A stretch of 64,000 nucleotides of DNA from Planctomycetota bacterium (lineage in GTDB: Bacteria > Planctomycetota > Brocadiia > JAADGH01). Location of the stretch: NCBI GenBank assembly GCA_040755855.1, contig JBFMAD010000006.1, positions 154,437-218,436 of the forward strand. The letters are read 5' to 3'. Shown here one piece after another: positions 18,127-28,900 of the stretch; position 1 is the stretch's first letter, and every line of letters begins with the position of its first letter. A model generated the notes under the pieces. The model made no database searches. It saw only the letters and a program-made list of their open reading frames with translations, and was not told the DNA's origin. Made by a program: the position numbers and the translations under genes.

Positions 18127-19470
18127 TCAAGACGTCAAGCCGGACTCGACAGCCTCGACGCGTTGCTTGAAAGCGGGGTCGTTCCCAATCAGATCCGCGA
18201 TTTTTCTTGATGCGCTCAAGACTGTGGTATGGTTCTTGGCGAAGAAACCGCCAATCTCCTTCAGGGATAACCGCGTGTGCCACCGCGCCAGATACATACA
18301 AACTTGCCGCGCGAGCGAGATTGGGCGCGTCCGCCGCTTTGAACGCAGATCTTCCTGGGACACGCCGTAATGTCTGCACACCGCCGCCTCGATTTTCTCG
18401 AGAGTGATCTCTCGCTTCTCCTGTCGTTTGACGGCGCCGAGCACCTCTCGGGCCATGTCAAGCGAGATGCTGGTCTTGTTGAGGCCAGCGTAGGCCACGA
18501 GCGTCGTCAGCGCCCCCTCAAGCTGGCGCACGTTTCCAGGGCAGCGCTCTGCAACATATTCCAGCACGTCGGGACGGATTCGTTTTCCCAGGCGGGCCGC
18601 CTTCACCTTCAGAATCCGCACGCGCGTCTCCGGCCCCGGCGGATCCAGCCGAACGACAAGCCCCGAAACAAACCGGCTTCTCAACTTTGCCTTGATCTTC
18701 TGGATGTCGTTGGGGTGGGCGTCGCTGGCCATAACCACCTGCTTATCCGTGGCGTCCAGCGCGTTGTAGGTGTGAAGAAACTCCTCCTGGAACCCCATCT
18801 TGCTTTCGAGGAAATGCACGTCGTCAATCAGCAGCACATCGGCGGTGCGATAGGTATGGCGAAAGGCATCGAGCTGGTGGTTGCGGAGCGCCACGACATA
18901 TTCGTTGGTGAAATTCTCAGCTGAAACATAGAGCACTCTTCGGGTTCCCTTTCGGGCGCGATACTCATGCCATATGCCTTGAAGGATGTGCGACTTGCCG
19001 AGGCCAACGCCCCCGTAGAGGAAGAGGGGATTAAAGAGCGTGTGGCCTGCCTCGATCACCTTCATAGCCGCCGCATGGGCAAACTCGTTACATGGACCGA
19101 CGACAAAATTCGTCAGGCGGAAATCCGGGCGGATGCCCGGGGCGCGACCGGCTTCCGGCGTCTTCCGCCCCAGGCTGCCTATGTCCTCTCGTTGTTTTGC
19201 GCGCAAGTCGGCGAAGAGATGACCGACCACCGGGAACTTGACCGCAGGACAGGTGGACGTCAGACGGGCGACGGCCTGAGCAATCGTAGCGGCGTAGTGT
19301 TTTTCCATCCATGCGGAGATGAATAGACTCGGCACCCCCACCTCAACGAGGTTATCGGACAGGCTGACGATCTCCGTGTTTCTGAACCACAGGTTGAATC
19401 GTTCCGCGTCAACTTGTTGTTCGATCGTATGAAGAACCTTCGTCCAGATATCTTGCGCGGCGGTCTTCAC
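18127..19470 (-). CDS. dnaA: Chromosomal replication initiator DnaA
   Basis: FNPLFLYGGVGLGKSH, LLIDDVHF, GNVRQLEG, ARQVCMYLAR..LSLKEIG..F.KNHTTV. Confidence 0.96.
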   Translation of the reverse strand: MKTAAQDIWTKVLHTIEQQVDAERFNLWFRNTEIVSLSDNLVEVGVPSLFISAWMEKHYAATIAQAVARLTSTCPAVKFPVVGHLFADLRAKQREDIGSLGRKTPEAGRAPGIRPDFRLTNFVVGPCNEFAHAAAMKVIEAGHTLFNPLFLYGGVGLGKSHILQGIWHEYRARKGTRRVLYVSAENFTNEYVVALRNHQLDAFRHTYRTADVLLIDDVHFLESKMGFQEEFLHTYNALDATDKQVVMASDAHPNDIQKIKAKLRSRFVSGLVVRLDPPGPETRVRILKVKAARLGKRIRPDVLEYVAERCPGNVRQLEGALTTLVAYAGLNKTSISLDMAREVLGAVKRQEKREITLEKIEAAVCRHYGVSQEDLRSKRRTRPISLARQVCMYLARWHTRLSLKEIGGFFAKNHTTVLSASRKIADLIGNDPAFKQRVEAVESGLTS

Positions 19471-19579
19471 AGTTTATCTCTGCCTCAACGATGTACAGCA
19501 CGCTTCCGAGGAAGCGGCCGATTCAGCGTTGGCTTTTATGTCAGACGAACAGTCAGGGAAACAACAGATGAGCGCGAGA

Positions 19580-19609
19580 ATTGTAGCAGGTAGTTTTTCG
19601 GTGTGTCAA
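19580..19609 (-). promoter_or_regulatory. Sigma70-type promoter of dnaA
   Basis: TTGACA-N18-TACAAT. Confidence 0.6.
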
Positions 19610-19691
19610 ATAGAAAAATTTTTTGAGTGATAACGTCTTGGTTCAGAAGACGTTGCCGAAGATTCACAATAGCCAATAATACGAATTTATC

Positions 19692-19739
19692 AAAAAAAAT
19701 AAAACGGGGCGCCGAACAAAACCTGCTCGGCGCCCCGTC
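19692..19739 (-). terminator. Intrinsic terminator after corrinoid gene
   Basis: ACGGGGCGCCGA/TCGGCGCCCCGT stem plus T tract. Confidence 0.85.
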
Positions 19740-19774
19740 AAACCCTCTCGTCCAAGAATCGGATTTGTAATGGC

Positions 19775-20407
19775 TTACGCCGCGCCAATCAATTCCTTCG
19801 CCTTGTCCACGGCGCTCGCGGCGTCAGGTGCATAGCCGTGCGCGCGGATCTCGTCCGCATATTTTTGCGTGACCGGCGCCCCGCCGATCATCACCTTCGT
19901 CTTCTCGCAGCCCGCTTCCTTCAGGGCCTTGATCACCGATTCCATCTGCGGCATGGTCGTCGTCAGCAGGGCCGACAGGCAGACCAACTTGCAGCCGCCC
20001 TTGGCCTCCGTCACAAACTTTTCCGGGTCCACATCTATACCCAGATCAACGACCTTGAACCCGCCGCCCTTCAGCATCATGGCCACGAGGTTCTTCCCGA
20101 TGTCGTGCAGGTCGCCCTTCACTGTCCCAATCGCAACCTTGGCAACAGGCTCGATGCCCGCGGCCGCAAGCTTCGGCTCCAGGATCGCCATCGCGGCGTT
20201 CATTGCACGGGCCGCAATCAGGACCTCCGGGACATAGAATTCATTGTTCTTGAACTTCTCGCCCACCACCTGCATGCCGGCGATCAGGCCATTGTTCAGG
20301 ATCTGATCTACGGGCGTCCCACTCTTCAGGGCCTCTTTCACAAGCTTTTCCGCATCATCTTTCTTGCCGCGGATGATGCTTTCGGACAGCGCCTTCAAGT
20401 CTGCCAT
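19775..20407 (-). CDS. Cobalamin-binding (corrinoid) protein
   Basis: GDLHDIGKNLV, SALLTTTM, MIGGAP, B12 cap domain. Confidence 0.93.
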   Translation of the reverse strand: MADLKALSESIIRGKKDDAEKLVKEALKSGTPVDQILNNGLIAGMQVVGEKFKNNEFYVPEVLIAARAMNAAMAILEPKLAAAGIEPVAKVAIGTVKGDLHDIGKNLVAMMLKGGGFKVVDLGIDVDPEKFVTEAKGGCKLVCLSALLTTTMPQMESVIKALKEAGCEKTKVMIGGAPVTQKYADEIRAHGYAPDAASAVDKAKELIGAA

Positions 20408-20525
20408 GGACCTTTCCTCCTTGCCAAGAAATGTTGCTCCGGTTCAGTTTTCTCAACAGAAACTCAGGCCAAATTTTATACGGCCTTTCCGCTCCTGTCA
20501 AACTTTTTTTGAAAAAAGAAACCGA

Positions 20526-21341
20526 CTATTTATCGGCCGGCTTCTCCTGCCCCGCCTTGGTCGGCGGACTCGTGGGGACCTTGGGCTGCACCGCGGGCTT
20601 CTCTCCTGTTTCCGGCGCCTTCTCCGCGGGCGTCGCAGCGCACTCCAGTCGCCCCAGTTCCTGTTGCGCCTCAGCGGCCGCTTCGGACTCGGGGGCCAGA
20701 GCCACGGCCCGTTTAAGGGCCTCTTTCGCCCCCTTCAGATCACCCCCTCCTTTCAAACAACGGCCCTCGTCCAGTTTGGATTGAGCAGCCATGGCATCCC
20801 CCCCCAGCCCGGCGGCATGGGCAAACTCCTTCGCCGCCTCGTCCCACTGCCCCTTTTCCTCCAGGGCGTACCCGATGGACCGCGTGGCGAGCTGGGCCAG
20901 CAGTCCGTCCTTCGTCTGGTTGCGCACCGCCTGGAACTGCTCGATCGCTTCGGTATAGTTGCCATGCTCAAACAGAAGATTGCCCGCCTGGAGCGTTGCC
21001 AGCACCGCCGCCTCCGTGCCCGGAAGGGCGCGGGCAATCTCTCGATACCGCTCGATCAGCTCCTTCCGCGCCTCCTTCAGCATCTTCTTGTCCGCATCAG
21101 GACGGAATGTGGACAACCGGAGGGCGGACATGTCCTGATCGGCCTGGGACAGGCGAAGCCAAGCCTCGTTTCCGGCGCTGCGGACATTCACCACGTACCA
21201 CCCAATGAATAGTCCCACGACTATGGCCAGCGTCACTCCGATAGCCACCGGCCGGAAATTTCCCTTCAGCCAGTCAATCCCGTGCGTGACCGCAGCCGAT
21301 AGTTCATCTTCCTTGAGTTCATGTCGTCGTTCGCCCTTCAC
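20526..21341 (-). CDS. YfgM-like membrane-anchored TPR protein
   Basis: ERRHELKEDEL N-terminus, one TM, TPR repeats. Confidence 0.8.
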   Translation of the reverse strand: MKGERRHELKEDELSAAVTHGIDWLKGNFRPVAIGVTLAIVVGLFIGWYVVNVRSAGNEAWLRLSQADQDMSALRLSTFRPDADKKMLKEARKELIERYREIARALPGTEAAVLATLQAGNLLFEHGNYTEAIEQFQAVRNQTKDGLLAQLATRSIGYALEEKGQWDEAAKEFAHAAGLGGDAMAAQSKLDEGRCLKGGGDLKGAKEALKRAVALAPESEAAAEAQQELGRLECAATPAEKAPETGEKPAVQPKVPTSPPTKAGQEKPADK

Positions 21342-21362
21342 GTCAGCGCGCTCCTCTTCTGT

Positions 21363-21770
21363 TTATCGGTGCGACCTGACCCTCACCCGGATCTTGCCCT
21401 TTTTCCCAATGATCTCCACAGCACAATGCTCGGGTTGCTTCGCAAAATCGAGAAACAACGTATCGCCGAATGTGGATTCGCTTGTCTCCATCCAACCCAG
21501 TTGTTTCATATTATTCTTGTAGAAGTCCCTCACCTTCTCCCTATCCGATTTTCCCACATATTTCAGCAGGAACATCCGGTTAGGCGGCACATTGAACGAG
21601 TAGGCATCCTCTAACGCGAATCCCACCGGTGCAGGGACATCGGCGAACTCCTGCGCCACTGCCGGCACAAGCTCCCCATCCCGCCCGGCGCCTTGTCGGC
21701 CTGCGGTGCATCCGGCGAATGTCGCCAACGCCACAATACACACGGCCGCACTAAATCGGCAGGTTGACAC
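21363..21770 (-). CDS. Hypothetical lipoprotein
   Basis: Lipobox FAGC; FADVPAP motif. Confidence 0.65.
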   Translation of the reverse strand: MSTCRFSAAVCIVALATFAGCTAGRQGAGRDGELVPAVAQEFADVPAPVGFALEDAYSFNVPPNRMFLLKYVGKSDREKVRDFYKNNMKQLGWMETSESTFGDTLFLDFAKQPEHCAVEIIGKKGKIRVRVRSHR

Positions 21771-21781
21771 AGTCGCCTCCG

Positions 21782-22420
21782 TTACTCGAAAAATCCCTCT
21801 GCCCTGACGAAAAGCCTCTTCGTATCGGCGACGCTCAGCCCGGCGCCGCGAGCAATCGTTTCCGCCATTACGCGCGCCACCAGATCGTCCGGGGTGTGCG
21901 TATCGGTCCCGAACACCAGGTCGGCCCCCACCTCCAGCGCCAGCTTCGCCACATGGCCGTTTGTCAGCGAATGACCGCGCCGGCCGGAGATCTCCAGGCA
22001 GACCCCGCGCTCCGCCGCCAGCGCCGCGTCCTCCTTGGTTATTAGGCCGGGGTGCGCCAGCACGTCCGCGCCCGCCTCAATGGCCGCCCGGTTCGTCCCC
22101 GCGATCACCGGTTCCACTATCGTCTCGCCGTGAGCCAGAACGACCTCCGCCCCGAGGTCGCGCACCTGCCTCACCAGGTCGGCGTAATGTTCCGGGCGCA
22201 CGTGCGTCAGCTCGGCCCCGGGCTTCAGTTTCATCTTGGTGGTCGCCCTCACATCATTGCAGACCTTCACCAGCACGGGGATCACCTGCTCAGCGGTCCC
22301 CGTGTCCACATGATCCGCCACCACGAGGCATCGGTAACCCTTTGCCTCGCACCGGCGGATCAGCTCCGTCGGCAACAGAACGCCGTCCGACAGGACCGTA
22401 TGCGTGTGAAGATCAATCAC
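21782..22420 (-). CDS. PHP domain phosphoesterase (histidinol-phosphatase-like)
   Basis: DLHTHT..SDG, ADH, ELTHV, HGET, LAHPG, GTDTH. Confidence 0.9.
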   Translation of the reverse strand: MIDLHTHTVLSDGVLLPTELIRRCEAKGYRCLVVADHVDTGTAEQVIPVLVKVCNDVRATTKMKLKPGAELTHVRPEHYADLVRQVRDLGAEVVLAHGETIVEPVIAGTNRAAIEAGADVLAHPGLITKEDAALAAERGVCLEISGRRGHSLTNGHVAKLALEVGADLVFGTDTHTPDDLVARVMAETIARGAGLSVADTKRLFVRAEGFFE

Positions 22421-22642
22421 CGATGGGCTCGCAATCTTGCTACGGCTTCTCCTCGCAGCGCATTCACGTTTGGGGTGCATACCATATCATGTTTGCCCAA
22501 AATCCGCAAGAAAAATCTCACGGCAGGCAACCGCAACCGAACAACCAAACAACAATTCTCTTGCATCCTTGGCGGCGGTTCAGTGTAGAATGGCCCCGTG
22601 CTTGATCCCGATTCGCTGTTTATTTGATTTTGGAGCAACACA

Positions 22643-25600
22643 TTGGCAACGAAAAATATTTTGAAGGTTCTTGCTGTCGCCATCGCCCTCGCCGGCGCAT
22701 GCCGCGCGGATGTCTCGCTCGACCTCAAGACCGCGCGCATCGTACTGGATGACACCGGACATGCGATCTCCCTCCAATCAGCGAACAAGGAGGAATTCGT
22801 CGCCTCCGTTCGCCCTCATGCCTTTGAGGTCGTAACCGCGTCCGGCATCCATCGCCCGAAGGCGGTGAAACGGAACGGCAACTCCCTAACCGTGGAATTC
22901 GATAACGGCGGCGCCGCGACCTTTGAGATTGCCGAGCACCCCGGCTTCGTTCTGTTCGATCTCAAGAATCTGGAAGGCTTCGACAAGATCACGCGCCTCC
23001 GATCCCTTTCCATCAAGCTCAAGGAACCCTTCGACCGCGCCGCCGTCCTGAACGCCTGCTACTGCGGGGACTTTGCCGTCGCCGCCATGGGCGCGGAGAT
23101 CAACCTGCACTGCCACTCCGGTTCCTACGGGGCTATCGCCTCGGACCGGCCCGGCTGCACGCACGCCTTCAAGCAGGAGACCGCCAACGTGAAGGCCGGC
23201 GCATTCGCCGCGCGCTTCACCGCCGCCAGCACCCTCGCCGACGAGAGCGGCTACAGCCTCCAGGGAACAAAGCTGGAACCGGAGATGAACCTGACCGGGA
23301 TCAAGGCCATTCGCGCATGGGTGCACGGCGACGGGAAGGGACAGTTCCTGAAGATCCAGCTCACGGGGCAGGGCGGCTACCGCGACGACTACGTCAAGAT
23401 TGACTTCACCGGCTGGCGCCAGGTCACGCTCGACAAGCCGGCCGGGAATACCATTGATCCAGCCCATGTCCATAACCTCAACATCTACTACAACGCCCTT
23501 CCCGCAAAGCAAACCGTCGAGTGCCTGATTGACCGCGTGGAGGCGGTGCTCGATGACAAGGGCGCGGAGAAGGTCGTGGTTCTCGAAGATTTTGAGGACC
23601 CGAGTTCCGTGCTGTGGCAGGCCACCAACACGAGCGTCTGCGTGGACAGCTATTCCGAGCACGGCATCGAGCCGGTTCGCTTCGGTGTTATCGCTTGCCC
23701 GCGGTCGGAGCTGGTGGAAACGATCCAGCGCTTCGAACAGGTCGCGGGGCTGCCCTCCCCCAGGCCCGGCGGCGCGTGGAGCAAGACGTCGCCATGGACG
23801 AAGCGGTCGTACTTCTTCCTCACGCGATTCAGTGAAGATCAGTTCGACGACGCCCTCGCCATCGCCCGGCGCGGCGGCTTCGACATGATCCTCATCGGCC
23901 AGGAATCCTGGTGCAAGTCCACCGGCCATTACATCATAAATGAAAAGAACTTTCCCGGCGGCCTTCCGGCCCTGCAGCGCACGATCCGGCGCTTCAAGGA
24001 CGCAGGCTTCAAGGTGGGCCTCCACTTCCTCGGCCCGTCCATCTACCCGCCCGACCCATATCTCACCCCCAAGACCGATCCGCGCCTGGTCCGGGACGCC
24101 TTCGCTGCGCTCGCCGCCGACATTGATGAGAAGGCGCAGACTATCCCGACGACCGAGCCGCCCAGGGACTTCCCCGAGGAGGACGGAGGCTACTATGGCA
24201 CAGGCTCCGTGATCCAGATCGGCGACGAGTTGATCTGGTATGCAACCCGCACCATTGACGCGCCCTGCCAGTTCATCGAGTGCCGCCGTGGGATGTACGG
24301 CACGAAGGCCGCGCCGCATAAGAAGGGCGACGGCATTTCGCACCTGCGGAAGTCCTACGGATACTTCCTTTTTGATATAGACTCCTCCCTCCTCGATGAG
24401 GTAGCGACGAACTTCGCCGCGGTCGCCAATGCCTGCGAGATTGATATGATCTACTTCGACGGCTCCGAGCGCCTGCAGGGCGGGCACGGCAAGCATTGGT
24501 ACTACAATGCTAAATTCCAGAAAGCGTTTTGCGACAAGCTGGAGAACAGGGGTACCTTCATCCAGGGCAGCAGTTGGAGCCACTACTCCTGGCATCTCCA
24601 TGCCCGCTCGGCCTCCGCCGACGGGCACGGCGACCTGAAGGGCTACCTCGACGAGCGCTCCAACGGGTTCGTCTGGCGGGAGCTCAACCTCATGCCGATG
24701 GATGTCGGCTGGTACTACGGTTACGACCCGACGGCCACGCTCGATCAGTACGAGTACATCCTCGGCGCCACGATCGCCTACGACCAGTCCATGTCTTTCC
24801 AGGTCTCACCCGAGGCGTCCGCGGCCAACCCCATCGGCGTAGAGACACTCGACCTCATCGCCCGCTACGAGAAGCTCCGCCTCTCCGGACGCGTGTCTTC
24901 GGAGATGAAGGAGCGCATGAAAATAGACCCGGCCCTCTCCGGCGTCAAGCCCCCCGAAGAGCGGGCAAAGCTCCTGGACAAGCGCCGCGAGTATCGTCTC
25001 GTGGGAAAGGAAGGCGCGGAGGCGTTCCAGCGCGTATTCTACGGTCCGGCCCAAGCCATCCGGTCGGACGACCCGAAGGCGCGCGAATGGACCTTCACCG
25101 TCAAGCAAGCCGACACGCGCATCGGCGTTCACATCGCCGTGAATCCGTCGGAATGGCTCCTGGCCGGACAGTCCTACGACTCACCCGATGCGATTGTGCT
25201 GGAAACATTCGACGATGTGTCCTCTTTCAGCGGCAACACGCTGCACGGCGTGACGCACACGTTCGAGTCCACGGCGGAGGACGCGCGGGTCGGGCCGCGC
25301 TGTGTCGTCTACGCCGCCGCAAGCTCGCTGCACTCCGACCAGGGATGGGCGGCAATGGGCAAGTCGTTCGACCCGCCGCTCGACATCGCCAAGTGCAAGG
25401 CCATCGGCTTCTGGCTGCGCGGCGACGGGCAAGGCAATTTCGTCAAACTCCAGCTCACCGACGGCTCGCGGTATTGGGACAATTACATCACGAACAATTA
25501 CACGGGCTGGCGTTATCAGCAGATCGTCCGTCCGAAGGTGGATCCCATTGACTTCGCAAGCGTGAAACGCCTGACACTCTACTTCAACGCGCTGCCGAAG

Positions 25601-25924
25601 CAGAGTACCGTCTGCTGCGCCATTGACGACATCAAGGCCCTGCCCGCCGTGGATGAGCAGGCCGTCCTGAACCCGCGAGTCGCGCTTGAAGGAAAGACCA
25701 TCGGTTGGAAGAGACCGATGAAGTCGGGGCAGTGGCTCCTTGCCTGGCCGGGCGAGGCCGTGCTCCACTCACGCGATGCAGCGGAGCAGGATGGTATTGC
25801 CCCCGACATCGTCCTGCCGCCGGGCGAGCACAAGGCGCGGGTCGAGTGGGACGGGCCCCTTGCCGTCCCGCTCATCGTGCGCGTCACTCAGCAGCCGCCC
25901 GAGCGACATCCAATCGGCAAGTAG
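22643..25924 (+). CDS. Large secreted putative glycoside hydrolase with two CBM-like domains
   Basis: Signal peptide; duplicated W..GDG.G..LK.QL...(F/Y)TGW domains; central FPGGL..L..TI, IYFDGSE. Confidence 0.65.
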   Translation: MATKNILKVLAVAIALAGACRADVSLDLKTARIVLDDTGHAISLQSANKEEFVASVRPHAFEVVTASGIHRPKAVKRNGNSLTVEFDNGGAATFEIAEHPGFVLFDLKNLEGFDKITRLRSLSIKLKEPFDRAAVLNACYCGDFAVAAMGAEINLHCHSGSYGAIASDRPGCTHAFKQETANVKAGAFAARFTAASTLADESGYSLQGTKLEPEMNLTGIKAIRAWVHGDGKGQFLKIQLTGQGGYRDDYVKIDFTGWRQVTLDKPAGNTIDPAHVHNLNIYYNALPAKQTVECLIDRVEAVLDDKGAEKVVVLEDFEDPSSVLWQATNTSVCVDSYSEHGIEPVRFGVIACPRSELVETIQRFEQVAGLPSPRPGGAWSKTSPWTKRSYFFLTRFSEDQFDDALAIARRGGFDMILIGQESWCKSTGHYIINEKNFPGGLPALQRTIRRFKDAGFKVGLHFLGPSIYPPDPYLTPKTDPRLVRDAFAALAADIDEKAQTIPTTEPPRDFPEEDGGYYGTGSVIQIGDELIWYATRTIDAPCQFIECRRGMYGTKAAPHKKGDGISHLRKSYGYFLFDIDSSLLDEVATNFAAVANACEIDMIYFDGSERLQGGHGKHWYYNAKFQKAFCDKLENRGTFIQGSSWSHYSWHLHARSASADGHGDLKGYLDERSNGFVWRELNLMPMDVGWYYGYDPTATLDQYEYILGATIAYDQSMSFQVSPEASAANPIGVETLDLIARYEKLRLSGRVSSEMKERMKIDPALSGVKPPEERAKLLDKRREYRLVGKEGAEAFQRVFYGPAQAIRSDDPKAREWTFTVKQADTRIGVHIAVNPSEWLLAGQSYDSPDAIVLETFDDVSSFSGNTLHGVTHTFESTAEDARVGPRCVVYAAASSLHSDQGWAAMGKSFDPPLDIAKCKAIGFWLRGDGQGNFVKLQLTDGSRYWDNYITNNYTGWRYQQIVRPKVDPIDFASVKRLTLYFNALPKQSTVCCAIDDIKALPAVDEQAVLNPRVALEGKTIGWKRPMKSGQWLLAWPGEAVLHSRDAAEQDGIAPDIVLPPGEHKARVEWDGPLAVPLIVRVTQQPPERHPIGK

Positions 25925-28900
25925 GCGACGAGAGCCGACTGACCAGCAGGACCACGTTGCCGTCGAGGGCCTGACTGCCCATGAGGTCCCGGGCGCTCGC
26001 TCGGAATGTTCGCCATGCTTCACCGCCGATCCGCTTGGCGGCCAGGGCCCGGAGCGCGATCAGGTCATTGCCCTGGAGGGGGACCTTGTCGATCTCGGTG
26101 GTGAAGGTTTCCACATCGCCCTTGCCCATGAGGGCCTGGGCCAGGACGCGATACGTCGGGTGGACGGAGGCATCCGTCACCTTCTGCGCCAACGCGCTGT
26201 CCTTTGTCACCAGGGCGGCATAGAGGATGGCCGCGAAGCTGAACGGGTTCTGCAGGTTCGAACGCACCTGCTCCGGTATGGCATTGACATTCCTGCCGCA
26301 AGCCTCGCGCACCTCGGCGGCCAGTCGCTGCACGGCGGCATCCTTCGGCAGCGCCCCCGCCGCCTCCGCAATCGCCCATGCCGTGCGGAAGACGCAGATC
26401 GGATTTGTTTTCACGATTTCGGGAATCTGCGGGGCAGCGAACGCCTCCTCCAGATGGGCCAGGGCCTCGGCGTTCAACTTCCCGACCGCCGCGTCCGCCA
26501 GGAGGGGCCATGCGTATTCGTTCAAATCATTCGATACCTTTCGGAGCGCGAGGGACTGGGACTGTTTTGCCAGACCTTCCTTGCGCGAAGCGAAGCGCTT
26601 CGCCGTGACCCCGCGAAGGGACTTGACGGCGTCGGTCTCCTCCACAGGCATCGGCGCACTCGGATCGCGCAGCGCCTTCAGGAACGACGCCATCTTCGTC
26701 TGAGCCGCGGCATCGCCGAAGACCACCACATCACTCGCGCCGATCAGGACGGCGTTGGGGTCAACCGACTGAATCACAGCGAGGAAGTTCTTGAGCATCT
26801 CCTCATATTTCTTCATGACCTCCTTGCGATCCTTCGGCAGTTCGTCCTGCATCGGGTTCGCGATGTCGCCAACTCGATAGGCCCACGCCGCTTCACCGGG
26901 CAGGAGTCGGGCCGAGCCGACGATCACCTTCCCGTCCTTGACGGTCCATGTCATGTGGCATGTCTCGACGATCCACTGGATTGCCTGCGCCGTCGTTGCG
27001 CCGCGGAGGTCCATGTAGACCACGCGGGGCGGGATCAGGAGCAAGTCGGTAGCGTCTTCGATGCTGCCGTGGACGATGCTGATCTCGATGCCCGCGGCTT
27101 TCGACACCTCGGCCAATGCGTCGGCCACATCGCGCCTTTGGATAACGAGATCGAGCGTCTTGGCGAGGGCGGGATTCTCCTTCGCCCGCTCCTCGGTCAG
27201 TTTGTCGAGGCAGTCTGTCAATTCACCCATGATCTTCGTGCCCGTCCCGTCATCCGACCAGGGGTTCACGGCCAAGAAGGCGCGTTCGAGGAGGTAGGCG
27301 TACTGGAGCCTGCGGACAGCCTCGTCGAGATTGCCGTTCTTCTTCAGCCCTTCCGCATCTGCCAAGATCTTCTTCGCTGCTTCATGCTGCTTGGTGGCGG
27401 CCTCCTGTAGGAACGGGGCTTGTGCGTCAAACCGGAAAGCAGCTCTCTCATCCACCTCTGCCAGGGCCAGCGCCTCTGCCGTGGCGGCGGGCGCAGCTTT
27501 GCCAAAGGCCATGAGGCCGCGCGATTTCTTCAGTGATACCCCCGGCATGGGGGCAGCCGGCCTGGCCATCCCACCGGCGTCAACAAAACCGGTGACGAGA
27601 TCAACACGTTTTCCCGGCGGCGGCTCAGGCTGTGTCATTGGCGCAGCCAACTTCGCCTTGGTTCTGGAGCCGGACCCGACGCGCCCCAGCAGGCCGCCCA
27701 TTCCTTCCGCCTTTGCTTCTTCCCTGTCTTCCCCAAAAATTGGCCCAAAGACGCCTTCGTAACTTACGCCCTGCGGCATGGGCACGGGGACCATGACGCT
27801 GCGCGGACGCTGCACACGCTCTCTAATCTTGCCCTTTTCGCTCTCGTCCACAGCAACGAAGCTGGTGTACTGGCTCATAAGCCGATACTGCAGGGCGATC
27901 TCCGTGATCTCCTCCACCACCGCCGGATCGTCGCCGTAGTAGGCCATGGCCGAGAGGTCCTCGATCTTCTGCCGGGCCCAGACCTTCGTCAGCACCTCGT
28001 GATCGGGATTTTGGGCCGGGAACTCGACGGGGAGGGTGTAGCGCAGCGGCTTGCCCTCCGCCGCGCCGCTGATTGTGATGTCGGCCTTTCCCGCGTCCTC
28101 ATACCGACCGTAGAGAATCACCGGCCGCCCTGCCCACAGCTCTGGGATGCGGACGGGGTAGGTTTCATAGACCGGCAGGCGGGCCCAGTCAATCCGGACG
28201 TTGGCAAGCTGTGCGCGGTGGATGCGCTCGACGATCTCGCGCACCAACTTCGTCGCGTCCTCGTTCAGGGCCAGGACCCCCGACATGCCGCCGCCCTGCT
28301 TCGCCACGCCGTCGAGGAGGAAGCGGTTCGGCGACGAGCCGATGCCAACAGTCCAGAAGCGGATTGAGTCGCCGCAGCGCCTGCCGACCTCGGCGATGAT
28401 CTCGGCCTCGTTGCCGATGTAGCCGTCGCTGAGCATGACGACGATGCGGACGCGCTGGGGATCAACCGGCTCGTTCAGGACCATCTTGATCCCCTTCAGC
28501 ATCTCCGTCCCGCCGCGGCCATCAATCGCGTTGGTGAAATTCAGGGCCTTCTGAATGTTATCCTGTGTCGTCGGGACCGGCTGGTCGAAGAGCTTCTGGG
28601 CATGGCCGGCGAAGGTGATGACCTGCATCCGGTCGTCTGGTTTCGCAAGCTCGAAGAAGTTCCGCATCGCCTCCTTGACCTTCTCCGTCGGCTGCCCGTG
28701 CATGGAGCCGGAAACGTCAATAAGGAAGCAAACCTCGCGCGGCGGGGCCTTGGCGAGCTCTTCGTCAATGCGCGGCTGGATCATGAGCATGAAATATCCG
28801 TCGCCCTTCGTGCGGTGGGTGAGGATCGCCATCTCCGGCTTCTCGCCGACGACGGCGTATTTCAGGACAAAATCCTTGTTCGGGATCGAGTCCTTCGGTG

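Noticed and set aside
19471..19774. oriC next to dnaA
   Set aside because: AT-rich, but no canonical DnaA boxes seen; explained by a promoter and a terminator.
20408..20525. Cobalamin riboswitch upstream of the corrinoid gene
   Set aside because: Gap is short and lacks a B12 box.
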